Origin: Candidatus Dadabacteria bacterium
Lineage (GTDB): Bacteria > Desulfobacterota_D > UBA1144 > Nemesobacterales > Nemesobacteraceae
Direction: 5' to 3'
Assembly: GCA_028823955.1 (NCBI GenBank)
Contig: JAPPFE010000016.1
Span: forward strand, 12,497 to 76,496
DNA length: 64,000 bases
Positions 35,941 through 45,412 of this stretch are shown here, piece by piece. The notes under the pieces were generated by a model. That model was not told the DNA's origin and ran no database searches. It saw only the letters and a list, made by a program, of their open reading frames with translations. The position numbers were made by a program, and so were the translations under genes. Each line of letters starts with the position of its first letter. Position 1 is the first letter of the stretch.

Positions 35941-38679
35941 ATGGCACTGAAGAAGTCTCAACTTTACAGCTCGCTCTGGTTCAGCTGTGACGAACTGCGC
36001 GGCGGCATGGACGCCAGCCAGTACAAGGACTATGTCCTGTTCATGCTGTTCATCAAGTACGTCTCCGACAAGTACGCCGACTCGGACGACTTTGCTCCGC
36101 CGGTGACCATCCCAGAGGGCGCGAGCTTCACCGATATGGTCAAGCTCAAGGGCAAGAGTGACATCGGCGACAAGATCAACACGCAGATCATCCGGCCGCT
36201 GATCGATAACAACTCCCGCTTGGCCCACAGCGACTTCCCCGACTTCAACGATCCAGACAAGCTCGGTGAAGGCAAGGCGATGGTGGATCGCCTGACGAAT
36301 CTGATCAGCATCTTCCAGAGGCCGGAATTGGATTTCTCGAAGAACCGGGCCGACCACGACGACATTCTTGGCGACGCCTATGAGTACCTGATGCGGCACT
36401 TCGCTACCGAGAGCGGCAAGAGTAAGGGCCAGTTCTACACGCCGTCGGAGGTCAGCCGCGTCATTGCTCAGGTCATCGGCATCTCACCCGATACCGCTGT
36501 CGCATCGACCACTGCCTACGACCCGACCTGTGGATCGGGATCGCTGCTGCTCAAGGTCGCCGCCCAAGCGGGCAAACACATCACGCTCGAAGGGCAGGAA
36601 AAGGATCAGACAACAGCAGGCCTTGCCCGCATGAACATGATCCTGCACGACTTCCCGACGGCCAACGTCCTGCAGGGCAATACGCTCGCCAGCCCCAAGT
36701 TCAAGGACGGCGAACAGCTCCGCACCTACGACTACGTGGTGGCCAATCCACCATTCTCTGACAAGACCTGGAGCAACGGCATCACGCCCAGCGCCGATCC
36801 CTATCAGCGTTTCGCTTGGGGCTCACCGCCCGGCAAACAGGGCGACTACGCCTACCTGTTGCACATCATCCGCTCGATGAAGAGTAACGGCAAAGCCGCC
36901 TGCATCTTGCCGCACGGCGTTCTGTTCCGAGGCAATGCCGAGGCCGTGATCCGCAAGAAGCTCGTGCGGTCCGGGTATCTCAAGGGCATCATCGGGCTGC
37001 CCGCCAACCTGTTCTACGGCACAGGCATCCCGGCCTGCATCCTCGTGCTCGACAAGGAGAACGCCAACGCCCGCAAGGGCATTTTCATGGTCGATGCCTC
37101 CAAAGGTTTCATCAAGGACGGTTCGAAGAACCGCCTCCGCGAGCAGGACATCCACCGAATCGTCGACACGTTCAATCGTCAGGCGGATACGCCGCGCTAC
37201 GCCCGGATGGTTCCGTTCGAGGAAATCGACGACCCGAGGAATGATTACAACCTCAACCTGCCTCGTTACATTGACAGCACCGAACCGGAGAACATCCAGG
37301 ACATCGACGGCCACCTGCGGGGTGGCATTCCGGAGCGGGACATTGACGATCTGGATATCTACTGGAAGGTGATTCCCGGCGTGCGCGAAGTGCTGTTCGA
37401 GGATGCCGTGCGCCCCGGCTACTGCCAGTTGCGACTGCCTATCACTGAAGTCAAGGCTGCGATTCTCAAACACGACGAGTTCGACGCATTCAAAGCCACT
37501 GTGACCGACATCTTCGACAAGTGGCGATCCGCAAACGTGAAGCGACTCAAGGGGTTTGATCAGGAAGGTAAGCCCAAGGAACTGATCGCAACCATTGCGG
37601 AAGATCTTCTCGCCGCATTCAAGACCGCACCGCTGCTGAATTCCTATGACATGTACCAGCACCTGATGGATTACTGGGCCGCGACGATGCAGGACGATTG
37701 CTACCTCATCGCCGCCGACGGTTGGACGGCGGAAACCCACCGAGTGCTGGAGGAGGTCAAGAGTGGCAAGAAGAAAGGTGAGATGAAGGACAAGGGCTGG
37801 GCATGCGATCTGATTCCCAAGCCCTACATCGTCGCCCGGTATTTCGCTAAAGAGCAGGTCGAGCTGGATGCCCTCCAGGCAGAACTCGACGACGCCAGCG
37901 CCAGTCTCACCGAACTGGCCGAGGAGCACGGCGGCGACGAGGGCGCACTGAAGGATGTGTCAACCAAGGGCGACGCCCAGAAGGCGTACAACCAGGCGCT
38001 TGTCGCCGTGTGGAACGAGGAAGACAAGGTGGCGTGCGACAAGTACAACACCCTAATCAACGGGACCGAAGAGTATGCGGTCGAGCTTCGCAATCTCACC
38101 GACCATCACCACATCTCGATCTTGAAGAACAGCAAGGGCAACCTGACGCTCAAGGCTATCAGGGACCGCCTGGCATCGACGGGCGACAAGATCGAGCAGA
38201 AGACGCTCATCAAGTACCTCGATGTCGACAAACAGCAGAAGGCCAAGACGAAGGAGGCCGCCGAACTGCTGACCGAAGTTGGGATGCGTTATCGCGAGCG
38301 ACTGAACGCCGACCCGCTGCCCGAGGAACTCGCGGACCTGCAAGTCACCGTCTGTTATCTGGATCTACTCGACAAACAGAGCGTCCTCAAAAGCAAGGTC
38401 AAAGATGCCGACACCGTCCTCAATCAGCTCGTCTATGACAAGTACCCCACGCTCAGCGTCAAGGAGATCAAAACGCTGGTAGTCGACGACAAGTGGCTGT
38501 CCGCCTTGGCAGCTGCTGTGCAGGGCGAACTGAACCGGGTGTCGCAGACGCTCACCGGCCGCATCCGCCAGCTAGCAGAGCGCTACGAGACGCCGCTGTC
38601 GCAGCTCACTGATCTCGTGACCGACCTATCCACCCGTGTGGACAAACACTTGGCAAGAATGAGGGCGGTATGGAACTGA
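35941..38679 (+). CDS. hsdM: Type I restriction-modification system methyltransferase subunit, long form with a C-terminal coiled-coil extension of about 430 aa
   Basis: HsdM N-terminal domain, a SAM-binding region (DPTCGSGSLLL), and the catalytic NPPF (VVANPPFSDKTW). 912 aa. Confidence 0.9.
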   Translation: MALKKSQLYSSLWFSCDELRGGMDASQYKDYVLFMLFIKYVSDKYADSDDFAPPVTIPEGASFTDMVKLKGKSDIGDKINTQIIRPLIDNNSRLAHSDFPDFNDPDKLGEGKAMVDRLTNLISIFQRPELDFSKNRADHDDILGDAYEYLMRHFATESGKSKGQFYTPSEVSRVIAQVIGISPDTAVASTTAYDPTCGSGSLLLKVAAQAGKHITLEGQEKDQTTAGLARMNMILHDFPTANVLQGNTLASPKFKDGEQLRTYDYVVANPPFSDKTWSNGITPSADPYQRFAWGSPPGKQGDYAYLLHIIRSMKSNGKAACILPHGVLFRGNAEAVIRKKLVRSGYLKGIIGLPANLFYGTGIPACILVLDKENANARKGIFMVDASKGFIKDGSKNRLREQDIHRIVDTFNRQADTPRYARMVPFEEIDDPRNDYNLNLPRYIDSTEPENIQDIDGHLRGGIPERDIDDLDIYWKVIPGVREVLFEDAVRPGYCQLRLPITEVKAAILKHDEFDAFKATVTDIFDKWRSANVKRLKGFDQEGKPKELIATIAEDLLAAFKTAPLLNSYDMYQHLMDYWAATMQDDCYLIAADGWTAETHRVLEEVKSGKKKGEMKDKGWACDLIPKPYIVARYFAKEQVELDALQAELDDASASLTELAEEHGGDEGALKDVSTKGDAQKAYNQALVAVWNEEDKVACDKYNTLINGTEEYAVELRNLTDHHHISILKNSKGNLTLKAIRDRLASTGDKIEQKTLIKYLDVDKQQKAKTKEAAELLTEVGMRYRERLNADPLPEELADLQVTVCYLDLLDKQSVLKSKVKDADTVLNQLVYDKYPTLSVKEIKTLVVDDKWLSALAAAVQGELNRVSQTLTGRIRQLAERYETPLSQLTDLVTDLSTRVDKHLARMRAVWN

Positions 38680-40520
38680 AGCCGGGATACAAACAGACGG
38701 AAGTCAGTCCTATTCCTGCAGACTTACATGCCGTTATAACTAACCCACAACGATTCAATAAAGATTGGGAGATAAAGCGGTTGGGGGATTTTGCCGACTG
38801 TGTGGCAGGTGGAACACCGAGCACGCTCAATAAAGAATATTGGGGTGGATCTATTAGATGGATGAGTTCCAGTGAATTAAACAACAAGATTATTCAGGAT
38901 GTTGAGAAGCGTATAACAGAGCGAGGTTTACGGGAATCGAATACCAAAATCATTCCGCCTAGATGTGTTTTAATAGGTTTGGCAGGTCAAGGAAAGACAA
39001 GGGGGACTGTGGCTATTAACTTGGTTGAGATTTGTACGAATCAGTCAATTGCAGCAATTTACCCCAATGAATCTTTTGTTCCAGAGTACCTCTATTATAA
39101 CCTTGATGCCCGCTACCACGAGTTACGTGGAATGTCTGCAGGAGATGGGGGTCGTGGAGGATTGAATCTTCAAATTATTCGATCTATCTTTGTGCCTTTT
39201 CCAGATATTACTGAACAATATGCAATTGCCAAAGTATTGTCGGATGTAGACGGATTACTCGCGGCCTTAGAGGTGCTGATAGTCAAAAAACGCGCCATCA
39301 AACGAGCCGCGATGCACCAACTTCTCACTGGTAGGATGCGCTTGCGGGAGTTTAACGGGGAATGGAGGACAAAGAAGCTCAGAGACTTACTTGCTTATCA
39401 GCGACCAGATAACTACATAGTGCAATCAACTGAAGATGCAAAGCATGGAGAAATCCCCGTATTAACAGCCAATAAGTCGTTTGTCTTACATTATACGGAT
39501 GAGGAGTTTGGTGTCTGTTCTGATGTTCCAGTCATTGTTTTCGACGATTTTACTACGGATTGTAAGTACGTAACATTTCCTTTCAAGGTGAAGTCGTCGG
39601 CAATAAAGCTCCTTCATGCTAACCATGACCGAATTAGTCTCAGGTATGTATACGAGCGCATGAAATTGGTTCATTTCCCGTTGGTTACTCACAAACGCTA
39701 CTATATCTCGGAGTATCAAAACATTGAGTTTTTTGTTCCTAGTTATGATGAACAAGTAGCAATTGTTTCTGTATTATCCGATATGGATGCTGAGATTGCA
39801 GCCCTCGAGCAACGTCGCGCCAAAATCGCCGACCTCAAGAAGGCGATGATGCAGGAACTGCTGACTGGCAAGACGCGGCTGGTTGAGCCTCAGGCGTTGG
39901 ATGAGCAGACCGATGCCGCGTTGGGCAACGCCAAAGGACACAACTGGGCGATCAACGAGGCAGTCGTGATCGCCACGCTGGTCAAGCACTTCGGAGGGGA
40001 GGACTACCCCTTAGGCCGCAAGCGGTACACGAAGCTTTCCTACCTGTTGCACCGCCATGTGGAACGGGAAGCCGATGGCTATCTCAAAAAGGCGGCTGGT
40101 CCCTACAACCCGCAAACCAAGTACGGTGGCCCGGAAAAGATCGCCAAGCAGAACGGCTACATCACGCAGCACAAAGGCTTGAAGGGACACAGCGGATTCA
40201 TCGCCGCAGACAACATCGCCCAGGCCGAAGGCTACTTCGAGAAGTGGTACGGCCCAGAAGTCATCCAGTGGCTGGAGCAGTTCCGCTACAAGAAGAACGA
40301 CGACTTGGAGTTGCTGGCCACCGTGGACATGGCAGCGTTGGAACTGCGAGCATCCGGAAAGAGCGTGACTGTCGCTGCCGTGAAGGACGTTATCACCAGC
40401 CATCCGGAGTGGGAGGCGAAGTTGGATCGCACCGCGTTCTCCGACGCGAACATCGCCGAAGCAATCAAACAGAGCGACGCCCTGCTGGGGGCTGAAATTG
40501 CCGGAGGTTCCCATGCCTGA
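38670..40520 (+). CDS. hsdS: Type I R-M specificity subunit with two TRDs, fused to an uncharacterised C-terminal domain of about 210 aa
   Basis: Two target-recognition-domain-like halves separated by conserved helices ([26 protein letters not shown]; [26 protein letters not shown]). The TRDs are low-GC. The ORF then continues about 210 aa in GC-rich sequence with no HsdS similarity. Its start overlaps the hsdM stop. Confidence 0.75.
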   Translation: MELKPGYKQTEVSPIPADLHAVITNPQRFNKDWEIKRLGDFADCVAGGTPSTLNKEYWGGSIRWMSSSELNNKIIQDVEKRITERGLRESNTKIIPPRCVLIGLAGQGKTRGTVAINLVEICTNQSIAAIYPNESFVPEYLYYNLDARYHELRGMSAGDGGRGGLNLQIIRSIFVPFPDITEQYAIAKVLSDVDGLLAALEVLIVKKRAIKRAAMHQLLTGRMRLREFNGEWRTKKLRDLLAYQRPDNYIVQSTEDAKHGEIPVLTANKSFVLHYTDEEFGVCSDVPVIVFDDFTTDCKYVTFPFKVKSSAIKLLHANHDRISLRYVYERMKLVHFPLVTHKRYYISEYQNIEFFVPSYDEQVAIVSVLSDMDAEIAALEQRRAKIADLKKAMMQELLTGKTRLVEPQALDEQTDAALGNAKGHNWAINEAVVIATLVKHFGGEDYPLGRKRYTKLSYLLHRHVEREADGYLKKAAGPYNPQTKYGGPEKIAKQNGYITQHKGLKGHSGFIAADNIAQAEGYFEKWYGPEVIQWLEQFRYKKNDDLELLATVDMAALELRASGKSVTVAAVKDVITSHPEWEAKLDRTAFSDANIAEAIKQSDALLGAEIAGGSHA

Positions 40521-43500
40521 AAGAGCCCGACCCGAACGGCTAACCCAGAACCGCGTGGTAGCCCTGTTCACCGACAAGACCCGCTCCGACTGGCTGGAGT
40601 ATCGCTATCTCGGTGACTGGCATCAGCGTGAGAATAACCGGCCCATTGAGGCGGAACTGCTGCGAGCAAACCTCCATGAGCGTGGTTATACGGATGCGCA
40701 CATCTCAGCCGCGTTGCAAAAGCTGGAAACCGCTGCCGATACAACCGGCGTGACACTCTACCAGGCCAACTTACGCACCTACAACCTGCTACGCTACCCG
40801 GTGAAGGTGCAGGTCGCCGTCGGACGGTCGCACGAGGATGTGCATCTAATCGACTGGGAGCACCCGGAAAAGAACGACTTTGCTCTGGCCGAAGAAGTGA
40901 CCCTCAAGGGTGGCTACGAGCGCAGGCCGGACTTGGTGCTCTACGTCAACGGCATTGCGGTGGCTGTGATTGAGCTGAAACGCAGTTCGGTAGAAGTGGC
41001 CGACGGGGTGCGCCAAATCATCACGAATCAGGAAGAGATATTCAACAAGAACTTCTTTTCCGCCGTGCAATTGGTCTTCGCGGGCAACGATTCGCAGGGA
41101 CTGCGCTACGGGACCACCGGCACGCCGGAGAAGTTTTTTGTCCAGTGGAAGGATGAGGACGGCGGCACGGCGATGGAGCCGGGAACGCTCCTGGACAGGC
41201 CGCTGGCCCAGATGTGCCGAAAGGATCGCTTGCTCGATTTGATGCGGAACTTCATCATCTTCGACGCGGGCCAGAAGAAAGTGCCTCGGTCGCACCAGTA
41301 CTTCGGCCTCAAGGCCGCGCAGGAACGAATCGGCAAACGCGAGGGTGGCGTGATCTGGCACACTCAGGGCAGTGGCAAGAGCATTCTCATGGTGCTGCTG
41401 GCTAAGTGGCTGATGGAATACGACCCCGACGCTCGCATTCTGGTGGTTACCGACCGTGACGAACTGGATAAGCAGATCGTGGGCGTCATGCGTAACGCCG
41501 GGGTTATCGTCGAAGACGCCCCCTCACCGCGCATTACCTCGCGGGCGCAGTTCGTCGAGAAACTGGGCGCGACCACGCCTCGCTTGCTGTGTGCGCTGAT
41601 CCACAAATTTGACACGGCCGACCTCAGGGGCGATCCGCCGCCGATTCACGGGCGCTTCTACGTGTTCGTGGATGAGTGCCACCGCACCCAAGGCGGCGAC
41701 ATGAACCGGCAGATGAAGCGATGGATGGAGGATGCCATCTTCATCGGCTTCACCGGCACGCCGCTACTCCGCAAGGACAAGAAGACCACACGCGAAGTCT
41801 TCGGCACTTACATTCACACCTATAAGTTCCACGAGGCCGTGGCGGACAAGGTGGTGCTAGACCTCAAGTACGAAGCGCGTGATGTCCCCCAGCGGCTGAC
41901 CTCGCCGCAGGCCATCGATGCCTGGTTCAACCGGAGGACGCAGAACCTGAACAACTTCCAGAAGGCGGTGCTACGCAAGCGATGGGCAACGATGGAAGAG
42001 TTGATGAGCGCGGGTGAACGCAAACAACGCATCATCGCCAATATCATTGAAGACTTCACCCTCAAGCCGCGTCTCAATAATGATCGTGGTACAGCCATCC
42101 TAGTCGCGGCGTCGATCTACGACGCGTGCCACTACTTCCGGCTATTCCAGAATACGTCGTTTGGTCAGTATTGCGGGATCATCACCTCGTATGAACCGAA
42201 GCATAATGCCATCTCGCGTGAGCCCGCCAACAGTGACGAGCGGTATAAGTTCGATACATACACGCAGCATGTGCTATCCGACGGCCAGACGACCAAGCAC
42301 TACGAGGACGAGATGAAACGCCGGTTCATAGAGGAACCGGCCAACTGCAAGCTGCTGATCGTGGTCAGCAAGCTCCTGACCGGCTTCGATGCCCCGTCCT
42401 GCACGTACATCTACCTCGACAACGAACTGCACGACCACAACCTGTTTCAGGCGATCTGTCGGACAAACCGGCTAGATGGGGACGACAAGAACTACGGATA
42501 CATCGTGGACTTCAAGGAATTGTTCTGCGACGTGCAGGAAGCCATCGCCGTCTACAGTTCGGACGAGCTGGACATCGATGCCAACGGTAGCGATGGCAAT
42601 GTGATTGTGAAGAACTGGCTCGAAGAGGGCAAGAAGAAGCTTGATGCCGCCCGCGAGGCATTGAAGTATCTGTGTGAGCCTGTGGCTCAGCCCAGGGAGA
42701 TGGAGCAGTATCTCCACTACTTTTGTGGCGACGCCAGCGATCCGAACGCCCTCAGCGAGACCGAGGTCCCTCGTATCTCGTTCTACAAGGCTGTCGTGAC
42801 CTTCGTAAGGGCCTTTGCTGCTATTTCGCAGGACCTTTCGGACGCTGGTTACACCAATGCCGAGATTGCGGTGCTCAACAACGAATTCGAATTTTTCAGC
42901 GATACCCGAGCCGCCATCAAGAAGCACTCCGGTGAGGAACTGGACATCAAACCGTACGAAGCGGACATGCGCCACCTCATCAATACCTACATCCAGGCTG
43001 ACCCGGCCGATCAGTTGGGATCGGTGGACAACTATTCCCTGGTTGAGTTGATTATCGAGACGGGTATCCATGACGCCATTGCCAAGAAGCTCAACGAGAA
43101 GGGCAAACTCTCGAAGAACGCTGTGGCAGAGGGCATCATCAACAACGTCCGCAAGACGATCATCCGCGATCAGCTCACCGACCCGAAATTCTACGAGGAA
43201 ATGTCGAAGTTGTTGGACGACCTCATCGAAATGAAGCGGAACATTACCGAGTCGTATGAAGACTTCCTGCAGAAGGCCGAGGCACTTGTGCTCCGCATGA
43301 CTGGCAAGTCAACGAAGGGAACGCACCCCACGGTGTTGAACGGCCATCCGGAAGCAGTCCGGCTGTTTAACAATCTCGCGAGCATTCCGGCAGACACGTT
43401 TCAATGTCCCACTGACGAAGACGAGAAGGCAGAGCTCGCGTTGGACATCAACCGTGCAATGCGCGAGGAGGCACCGGCGGGATGGAAGGGAGACGACACG

Positions 43501-43605
43501 CGAGAAAAGCAGGTGCTTAACGCCCTGTTCCCCTTGATGGATCGCGACCGCAAGGCGACAGAGGCGCTGTTTGAGATTATCAAGAATCAATCGGGGTACG
43601 CATGA
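40513..43605 (+). CDS. hsdR: Type I restriction enzyme endonuclease/helicase subunit
   Basis: N-terminal nuclease domain, SF2 helicase motifs (HTQGSGKS Walker A, DECHR), and the HsdR C-terminal domain. Its start overlaps the hsdS stop. Confidence 0.9.
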   Translation: MPERARPERLTQNRVVALFTDKTRSDWLEYRYLGDWHQRENNRPIEAELLRANLHERGYTDAHISAALQKLETAADTTGVTLYQANLRTYNLLRYPVKVQVAVGRSHEDVHLIDWEHPEKNDFALAEEVTLKGGYERRPDLVLYVNGIAVAVIELKRSSVEVADGVRQIITNQEEIFNKNFFSAVQLVFAGNDSQGLRYGTTGTPEKFFVQWKDEDGGTAMEPGTLLDRPLAQMCRKDRLLDLMRNFIIFDAGQKKVPRSHQYFGLKAAQERIGKREGGVIWHTQGSGKSILMVLLAKWLMEYDPDARILVVTDRDELDKQIVGVMRNAGVIVEDAPSPRITSRAQFVEKLGATTPRLLCALIHKFDTADLRGDPPPIHGRFYVFVDECHRTQGGDMNRQMKRWMEDAIFIGFTGTPLLRKDKKTTREVFGTYIHTYKFHEAVADKVVLDLKYEARDVPQRLTSPQAIDAWFNRRTQNLNNFQKAVLRKRWATMEELMSAGERKQRIIANIIEDFTLKPRLNNDRGTAILVAASIYDACHYFRLFQNTSFGQYCGIITSYEPKHNAISREPANSDERYKFDTYTQHVLSDGQTTKHYEDEMKRRFIEEPANCKLLIVVSKLLTGFDAPSCTYIYLDNELHDHNLFQAICRTNRLDGDDKNYGYIVDFKELFCDVQEAIAVYSSDELDIDANGSDGNVIVKNWLEEGKKKLDAAREALKYLCEPVAQPREMEQYLHYFCGDASDPNALSETEVPRISFYKAVVTFVRAFAAISQDLSDAGYTNAEIAVLNNEFEFFSDTRAAIKKHSGEELDIKPYEADMRHLINTYIQADPADQLGSVDNYSLVELIIETGIHDAIAKKLNEKGKLSKNAVAEGIINNVRKTIIRDQLTDPKFYEEMSKLLDDLIEMKRNITESYEDFLQKAEALVLRMTGKSTKGTHPTVLNGHPEAVRLFNNLASIPADTFQCPTDEDEKAELALDINRAMREEAPAGWKGDDTREKQVLNALFPLMDRDRKATEALFEIIKNQSGYA

Positions 43606-44318
43606 GCGAAGTAATCGAACTTGGCGACATATCGATCACGGTGACGCGGAAAGAGATCAAGAACGTGCATCTTTCCGTCCACCCGCCCAGTGGCCGGGTC
43701 ACCATGTCCGCCCCGAAAGAGACGCGTCTGGAGGTTGCTCGCGCCTATGCCATCTCAAAGATAAGTTGGATTCGCGAGCAGCAAGAGAAGCTTCGGAAGC
43801 AGGCACGGGAAACGCCGCGTGAGTTCGTGGAGAGAGAAAGCCACTACCTGTGGGGCCGTCGATACTTGATGACGGTAATTGAGCAGGATTCGAAGCCCTG
43901 GGTCGCTCTTGATCCCAAGCGCATCACCATGAGCGTTCGCCCGGGCAGCGACCAAGCCAAAAGAGCGAGCATCATCCATGAATGGCATAAATCGCTGCTG
44001 CATGAATTCATTCCTCCGCTAATCGCCAGGTGGGAGCCGAAGTTAGGCGTTCACGTCGTAGCCTACTTCCTCCAGCGCATGAAGACCAAGTGGGGAAGCT
44101 GCAACCACAATGCGGGGCACATCAGATTGAATACGGAGCTGGTCAAAAAGCCCAAGGACTTGGTCGAATATGTCGTGGTGCATGAGATGGTCCATCTTAT
44201 AGAACCAACACACAGCGATAGGTTCATTTCGATCCTTACCGATCACTACCCATCATGGCGCGAATCCAGAGCAGAACTGAACGAATTGCCGCTGGCTGCT
44301 GAGGAGTGGAGAGAATGA
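43602..44318 (+). CDS. DUF45/YgjP-like zinc metallopeptidase (M48-type HExxH), a frequent accessory of type I R-M loci
   Basis: [18 protein letters not shown]...[20 protein letters not shown] is the WGSC...HExxH signature of DUF45. ATGA overlap with the hsdR stop. Confidence 0.75.
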   Translation: MSEVIELGDISITVTRKEIKNVHLSVHPPSGRVTMSAPKETRLEVARAYAISKISWIREQQEKLRKQARETPREFVERESHYLWGRRYLMTVIEQDSKPWVALDPKRITMSVRPGSDQAKRASIIHEWHKSLLHEFIPPLIARWEPKLGVHVVAYFLQRMKTKWGSCNHNAGHIRLNTELVKKPKDLVEYVVVHEMVHLIEPTHSDRFISILTDHYPSWRESRAELNELPLAAEEWRE

Positions 44319-45409
44319 GCGTTCTGGATGCTGTGATTGCGGTCCTTCAAGAAGCAGGTAAACCGCTTCACGCCAAGGAGATTACTAAGCGCATTCTCTC
44401 GAAAAACCTCTGGAAGACCTCCGGCAAGACCCCTGCTGCGACAGTCAGTGCCAGGCTTTACGCCGATCTCAAGAAAAACGGCGACACGTCCCCTTTCATC
44501 CTTCATGCACCTCAAAAGTTTGGTCTTAGGACGTCTAAGGCAGTTGATAAGTCGGATGTGGAAGCACAAACGAAAACAACAACTGCAACAACCGTCAAGG
44601 GCCACAGGAAGACCTATTCCTTTACCGATTCGGCTGAAAAAGTCCTCGAGAAGTTCGGCGATAAGCGGCCCATGCATTACCGCGCCATCACCAACAAAGC
44701 TCTGGAAATTGGATGGTTGTTGACCGAGGGAAAGACACCGGAAGCGTCGATGTACGCGCAAATCTTGACGGAAATTAAACGCTTTAACCGCCGTGGGAAG
44801 CAGCCTCGATTCGTTCAACATGGTAAGGGGTATGTTGGCCTTTCAAAATGGATGGGTCGGGGGCTCGCATTTGAGATCGAACAGCACAACAAAAAGGTGC
44901 GCCAGGCGCTGCATAAACGTTTGCTTGAAACGGAGTGGGATGCCTTTGAGGAATTGATTGCGCGTCTCTTGGCAGAAATGGGTTTTGAGGAAATCGAGGT
45001 TACCAGTCGCAGTAAGGATGGCGGCATCGATGTTCGGGGAACCTTGGTTGTCGGTGATGTCATTCGGACGAGAATGGCTATTCAAGTAAAGAAATGGAAG
45101 CGCAACGTACAGGCTCCGGTTGTCCAACAGGTCCGAGGGAGTCTCGGCACCCACGAGCAGGGGCTCATCATCACAACCAGTGATTTCAGTGCAGGCGCAC
45201 GCAGGGAATCCGCCAGACCGGATGCCACGCCCGTCGGGCTAATGAGTGGTGAGCAACTGGTTTTACTGCTCATCGAAAACGGCATTGGGGTTTCACGACG
45301 AAGTCATGACTTATTTGAACTCGAGGATATATCCAGTGCAGAGGTCGGCACCAGTGCTGGTGCACCCAGTAATCAATTGAATGATAAAGGACAAGAACAG
45401 CAGGAATAG
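44315..45409 (+). CDS. mrr: Mrr-like restriction endonuclease with an N-terminal HARE-HTH/winged-helix domain
   Basis: N-terminal wHTH (LDAVIAVLQEAGKPLHAKEI). A C-terminal Mrr_cat-like PD-(D/E)xK domain (GGIDVRG...IQVKKW). ATGA overlap with the DUF45 stop. Confidence 0.7.
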   Translation: MSVLDAVIAVLQEAGKPLHAKEITKRILSKNLWKTSGKTPAATVSARLYADLKKNGDTSPFILHAPQKFGLRTSKAVDKSDVEAQTKTTTATTVKGHRKTYSFTDSAEKVLEKFGDKRPMHYRAITNKALEIGWLLTEGKTPEASMYAQILTEIKRFNRRGKQPRFVQHGKGYVGLSKWMGRGLAFEIEQHNKKVRQALHKRLLETEWDAFEELIARLLAEMGFEEIEVTSRSKDGGIDVRGTLVVGDVIRTRMAIQVKKWKRNVQAPVVQQVRGSLGTHEQGLIITTSDFSAGARRESARPDATPVGLMSGEQLVLLLIENGIGVSRRSHDLFELEDISSAEVGTSAGAPSNQLNDKGQEQQE

Positions 45410-45412
45410 GAG

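Noticed and set aside
36823-37929. 368-aa ORF antisense to hsdM
   Set aside because: It lies entirely inside a well-supported gene on the other strand. GC-rich sequence generates long stop-free antisense frames, and I saw no motifs.
40011-40577. 188-aa minus-strand ORF across the hsdS/hsdR junction
   Set aside because: Antisense to two coupled, well-supported genes, with no features.
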